Below are positions 60,150-64,000 of a DNA stretch of 64,000 nucleotides, piece by piece. The notes under the pieces are model-generated. The model did not search any database. It was not told where the DNA came from and worked only from the letters and a program-made list of their open reading frames with translations. The stretch is from Spirochaetia bacterium (GTDB taxonomy: Bacteria > Spirochaetota > Spirochaetia > UBA9216). Location of the stretch: contig OY776510.1 of assembly GCA_963675665.1 (NCBI GenBank), positions 832,001-896,000 on the forward strand. The letters run 5' to 3'. How positions within the stretch are numbered: the first letter of the stretch is position 1; every line of letters starts with the position of its first letter. Position numbers and translations under genes: made by a program.

Positions 60150-61406
60150 TTACACAAGTCCGGGAAAATCAAGAGTGGCAAAATAATCATTCGGCGTTTC
60201 TGCACGTCTGATCTGAACTACTGATCCGTCGGGTTCAAGCAGCAGTTCAGCGCTTCGTAATTTTCCGTTGTAGTTGAATCCCATTGCATAACCATGTGCT
60301 CCTGTATCATGGAACACAAGGACGTCTCCACGTTCGAGATGCGGCAGTTCCCTGTCAATTGCGAACTTGTCGTTGTTCTCACAGAGGGAACCTGTTACGT
60401 CAACCGGGCCTTCGACAGGTTTATTTTCCTTGCCTATCGGTGTGATATGATGATATGCCCCGTAAAGCGCAGGTCTCATCAGGTTGGCCATTGAGGCATC
60501 CATACCGATAAAAGTTTTATATGTCTCTTTTCTGTGAAGAACCTTTGATACCAGGTAACCGTATGGCCCCATAATCATTCTTCCGGATTCCATTACGATT
60601 CTCAGTGCCGAAAGGCTGTTTTTCTCAATTTTTTCTTTATAAAGAGCTTTTATTCCGGCAGAGACTTTTGCAAGATCTACGGGCTCTTCTTCCGGTTTGT
60701 ACGGAATACCTATACCGCCGCCGAGATTAACAAAATCAAAGGTAATACCAAGTTCCCTGTTCAAATCGAGAACAAGTTGAAAAAGAATATCGGCGGTTTC
60801 AACAAAATATTCCCAGTTAAGCTCATTTGAGGCCACCATTGTGTGAAGGCCGAAATGTTTAATGCCTTTTTCTTTTAATCTCCGGTATCCTTCAAAAAGC
60901 TGTTCACGTGTAAAACCGTATTTGGCCTCTTCCGGCTTGCCTATAATAACATTTCCTTCCTTCAGGGGGCCCGGGTTGTACCTGAAGCAGATTCCGTCGG
61001 GAATACCGGCTGCTTCTTCCAGATAATCGATATGACTGATATCATCGAGATTAATGATTACGTCAAGTTGCCTTGCTTTCAGATATTCTTCAGCCGGGGT
61101 GTCGTTTGACGAAAAGAAAATCTCGTTTCCTTTCAGTCCGACTGCATCGGCGAGCATCAGTTCAGGCAAAGACGAACAGTCAGCTCCCATTCCTTCTTCC
61201 CTGAGTATTTTCATAATATGCGGGTTCGGACAGGCTTTTACAGCAAAAAAGTTTTTAAATCCGCCCGGAACCCAGTTGAAGAGCTTATAGAGCTTTTTTG
61301 CATTTTCCCGTATCGCTTTTTCATCATAAATATGAAATGGTGTAGGGTATTTCTCAATAATCTTTTTAAGCTGCTCTTCTGAAAAGGGAAGCGTTTTAAT
61401 GCTCAT
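60150..61406 (-). CDS. lysA: Diaminopimelate decarboxylase
   Basis: FAVKA, NLGGG, ESGR, RPALYGAYH, GSLCENND, GAHG. Confidence 0.93.
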   Translation of the reverse strand: MSIKTLPFSEEQLKKIIEKYPTPFHIYDEKAIRENAKKLYKLFNWVPGGFKNFFAVKACPNPHIMKILREEGMGADCSSLPELMLADAVGLKGNEIFFSSNDTPAEEYLKARQLDVIINLDDISHIDYLEEAAGIPDGICFRYNPGPLKEGNVIIGKPEEAKYGFTREQLFEGYRRLKEKGIKHFGLHTMVASNELNWEYFVETADILFQLVLDLNRELGITFDFVNLGGGIGIPYKPEEEPVDLAKVSAGIKALYKEKIEKNSLSALRIVMESGRMIMGPYGYLVSKVLHRKETYKTFIGMDASMANLMRPALYGAYHHITPIGKENKPVEGPVDVTGSLCENNDKFAIDRELPHLERGDVLVFHDTGAHGYAMGFNYNGKLRSAELLLEPDGSVVQIRRAETPNDYFATLDFPGLV

Positions 61407-61468
61407 TTGGATCTCCTATAAAAAGTCAACCACAAGCTAAAAATATAAGCTTATGATCTGGTCGGATA

Positions 61469-62581
61469 TCAACCGACCATTACAGCTTCCCATGCTGCTG
61501 CCTGCATTTCCCTGTATTCTTTTCTAAAAGCCATTTTCATCGGATCAAACGGCTCTCTGGTTTTTAAAATTGTATATACCAAAGTGCTCATCTTGCGGGC
61601 GGCAGCTATTACACTCTTACCCGAGCCTTTCTGCTTCTTCATCGCTGCATACTTCGTCATTATTCGGTACGTCCCGGTCTTCTTTTGCATACGAACCATT
61701 CCCATCACCATCTGTACGAAGGCTGTCCTCAGTTCTACAGGCCCACGCTTTGTTATATGTCCATGATGTATTGTCATATTTGAGTTCTGCACCCATGGCA
61801 CAAGCCCGGCGTTTGCTGCATATTTCTTCGCACTATCATATCTGCCGATATCGTCTGTATAGGCTCTTACTGTTGCTGCTGTTATTAGACCCACGCCTGG
61901 TATTGTCTGCAGAAGCTCAACATCTTCATCGTCCTCCACAAGCTCAGCCAAAACCTTTTCAAGCTGCTTGACTTGCGATGCCTGATTATCTATCATATCC
62001 AGTAACGGTATTACCGTTTTGGCAGCGCTTCCGTAAAAGTCGTGGTCCTCGAGACCGTTCAGGATTCGCTGCCTTTCTTTTTTACTCTGCAGCTGTCCGC
62101 GTTTGGTCTCTATTCCATAACCAAGTAATAAGCCATGCACCTGGTTCTTTAACGACACAACAGATTTTACCAGTATCGACCTGGATTTCAGCACCCTTCG
62201 AATATCCTCACTCTCTTGGGAACATAATATCGATTCAGGCAGCATGTCTTTCTCAAGAAACTCCGCCAGGGTGCGTGCATCATGTTTGTCTGTCTTTTTT
62301 ACAGATTCATTCACTACCTTGAATTTCAAAGTATTCACTACAACCACTTCGACTCCAGCCTTTAACAGTTTATTGCGGAAATAACGGGCATTCCCGGTTG
62401 TTTCCACCGCTGCTCTCAACTCATATTCCTCTTCACAATATTCATCCAGCATTTTCAGAAATGCTCCATAACCATTTCCGCTGGTCGGATACATTCCCAA
62501 TTGATCAATTTTTCGGTCTTCACTTAAAAGGCATACTGTAAACTGCGTTTTGTGAAGATCCACGCCAATACTCATCTTCAT
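61469..62581 (-). CDS. IS110-family DEDD transposase / bridge recombinase
   Basis: RuvC-like GVDLHK, AVETTG and KTDKHDA (DEDD). Tnp domain TIPGVG, AGLVPWVQNS, ITKRG, AAARK. Confidence 0.96.
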   Translation of the reverse strand: MKMSIGVDLHKTQFTVCLLSEDRKIDQLGMYPTSGNGYGAFLKMLDEYCEEEYELRAAVETTGNARYFRNKLLKAGVEVVVVNTLKFKVVNESVKKTDKHDARTLAEFLEKDMLPESILCSQESEDIRRVLKSRSILVKSVVSLKNQVHGLLLGYGIETKRGQLQSKKERQRILNGLEDHDFYGSAAKTVIPLLDMIDNQASQVKQLEKVLAELVEDDEDVELLQTIPGVGLITAATVRAYTDDIGRYDSAKKYAANAGLVPWVQNSNMTIHHGHITKRGPVELRTAFVQMVMGMVRMQKKTGTYRIMTKYAAMKKQKGSGKSVIAAARKMSTLVYTILKTREPFDPMKMAFRKEYREMQAAAWEAVMVG

Positions 62582-62616
62582 GTTCTATCTCCAATAGTTT
62601 GAAGCAGTGCCTATAC

Positions 62617-62776
62617 GGTGAATTGTTCCATTCTCCTATCCGGTCTCGCAGACCATTGAATGTTTCGGTTACGGCTCTTCAATCTCCTAAACGGTCTCGC
62701 GGACCAGTAAAAATGTCGAACAGTAACCTTACTGCCTCAATTAAAGTTAAGGCAGTATATCAATTCACCAGCTCAT
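62617..62776 (-). ncRNA. Putative bridge RNA in the IS110 left (upstream) non-coding end
   Basis: Closing stem ggtgaattg/caattcacc and a 5' hairpin tactgcct..aggcagta. Two internal-loop arms are capped by GGTC(C/T)GCGAGACC, each followed by TAGGAGA. Confidence 0.72.
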
Positions 62777-62794
62777 GAAGACTTTTTATCATTC

Positions 62795-62937
62795 CTCCTA
62801 TAAAAAGTTCCCGCATGGATGCGGGTTTTAAGAGGTGAGGTTGTAAAGCTAAACTGCGTTTGCAGTTTAAACTGCGTTGCAGTTTTTGTTTTACAACTTC
62901 AAAATGATAAAATTGCATGGAAGCAATTTTATCATTC
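62795..62937 (-). mobile_element. 143-bp triple-hairpin non-coding element with the same termini as the adjacent IS110
   Basis: Left end AGGAG|GAATGATAAAA and right end ACTTTTTATAGGAG are identical to the IS ends. No ORF. Confidence 0.82.
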
Positions 62938-63004
62938 CTCCTGAAATTATTTACGGCCCGCTTTTTAAAAGCCGTTATACATGAGTATTTATGTTAATGA
63001 CCGG

Positions 63005-63916
63005 TTAGGTCAATACCTTTACTTTGTTCTTTTTAAGCACCAGTGAGCCCTCGGGGCCTCCGGCGTCCTGTGCTACCGCGGCGCATTTTATTCTAAAAAG
63101 AAACCATGTCGGCGGCAGGTTTTCTCCCGACAGGGCTTCATAGTTTCCCTGTCCTTTCGAGATAATAATATCGGCCGAATTGAGTCTTGTAATAAAACCT
63201 GGATCACATTCCGATAAAACGGTTCCCGCTGTTGCCGCACCGGAACTGATTGTTTCAACTAATTTGTCTATGCCCACTGTTCTGGTGTCTTCCAACAGCG
63301 CGTCATTGAGCGCCGGTCCGCCGCGGACAACGAAAGTAATCTTTTTATCGGGAAAATCGGTAAGCAGGGTTTCAATGAAAATCCGGTCGAAGACAATCTC
63401 GCCGGCGTTGTCTCCGAGATAAATGATATTTTCAGCCTGTTTCAAATCAATGTGGAAATCCTCGAGCATGAAAAGCCCGTCATTGAAATCGTCTCCGTTT
63501 TCTATATGCTGAAAAAGCGGCTGGTCAAGAATTTCTTCAAGCGCTTCATTTAAATCAAGTGAAACCTTTGCTCCGAAGTCAATCAGGTTGCCTGCAATTG
63601 CAAGTGCAAGCGCTTCTGCAAACGGGTTATCAGCCTCTGTGACGCGTTTTTTCAGCTGCGGATACAGCTTCATTGCCGCTTCATTACTTGCGACCTTTAT
63701 TTTTTTATACGGATCGGCGATTCCTGTAGCTTCCTTAATCTTTACGGTAAGATAGGCGGCCATTTCGGGCGGGGTTACAGCGTCGGCAAGATCAGCAAGA
63801 TTTTCCAGCAGTTTATGAAATTCAATGCTTAATTCTTCTTCACCGATGCCGCACATGCGGCTGATCTGAAGATACTGTTTAAGCAGGCATACTACACAAT
63901 CAGGTTTGGCTATCAT
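63005..63916 (-). CDS. DUF89/ARMT1-like damage-control phosphatase
   Basis: CVVC N-terminus, DPYK, GNLID, DNAGEIVFD, LNDA, KGQGNYE. Confidence 0.93.
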   Translation of the reverse strand: MIAKPDCVVCLLKQYLQISRMCGIGEEELSIEFHKLLENLADLADAVTPPEMAAYLTVKIKEATGIADPYKKIKVASNEAAMKLYPQLKKRVTEADNPFAEALALAIAGNLIDFGAKVSLDLNEALEEILDQPLFQHIENGDDFNDGLFMLEDFHIDLKQAENIIYLGDNAGEIVFDRIFIETLLTDFPDKKITFVVRGGPALNDALLEDTRTVGIDKLVETISSGAATAGTVLSECDPGFITRLNSADIIISKGQGNYEALSGENLPPTWFLFRIKCAAVAQDAGGPEGSLVLKKNKVKVLT

Positions 63917-64000
63917 AATGAGGCAATCTTAACAAAAAGAACTGATTAATGCAATATTGCCTACAATGCGCTTATAGTTTAATCTTGAAGCATGATTATT

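Larger units (their letters stand above)
61413..62794 (-). mobile_element. IS110-family insertion sequence, about 1382 bp, in the lysA SD site
   Basis: AGGAG core at both junctions (ctcct at 61413 and 62795). Sub-terminal 10-bp IRs at 61418-61427 and 62780-62789. TTGACT (-35) lies near the right end. Confidence 0.88.

Noticed and set aside
61418-62789. Reading the IS as inserted into the loop of a host palindrome ataaaaagtc/gactttttat
   Set aside because: These arms are better explained as IS sub-terminal IRs: the AGGAG core lies just outside them, and joining the ends gives a 17-bp-spaced promoter.
62943-63004. Lysine riboswitch upstream of lysA
   Set aside because: Only about 60 bp of native leader remain once the IS and mini-element are removed, too short and lacking L-box motifs.

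Overview
This window is the replication-origin region of a spirochaete (Spirochaetia-like) chromosome. Left of oriC, mostly on the minus strand, are gatA (partial), gatC, recR, ybaB, dnaX, SRP RNA, five tRNAs (all four Ser isoacceptors plus Arg-GCG), parB, parA, two parS sites, gyrA and gyrB. Right of oriC are dnaA-dnaN-recF-dciA-rpmH-rnpA-yidD-yidC-jag, ahcY-metK, a very acidic outer-membrane protein gene with a consensus promoter, several transporters, feoAB, deoD, gpmI, pepD, fprA, purLQ and lysA. The most interesting signal is a candidate mobile system. An IS110-family element (about 61413-62794) sits in the Shine-Dalgarno (SD) site of lysA. Its upstream non-coding end folds by eye like a bridge RNA, and the putative target loop spells TTTAGGAGTAAAAATG (SD + spacer + start codon). 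A family of roughly 100-145 bp non-coding triple-hairpin elements also sits in AGGA(G) SD sites: next to the IS at lysA (with the same termini as the IS), twice in tandem at ybaB, once at metK, and as degenerate candidates at jag, gyrA and nifU. The clear copies carry a stop codon near the left end, and their right ends regenerate the AGGA(G) SD core. They look like non-autonomous cargo of an RBS-targeting bridge recombinase. All structures were read by eye, with no folding software or database searches.
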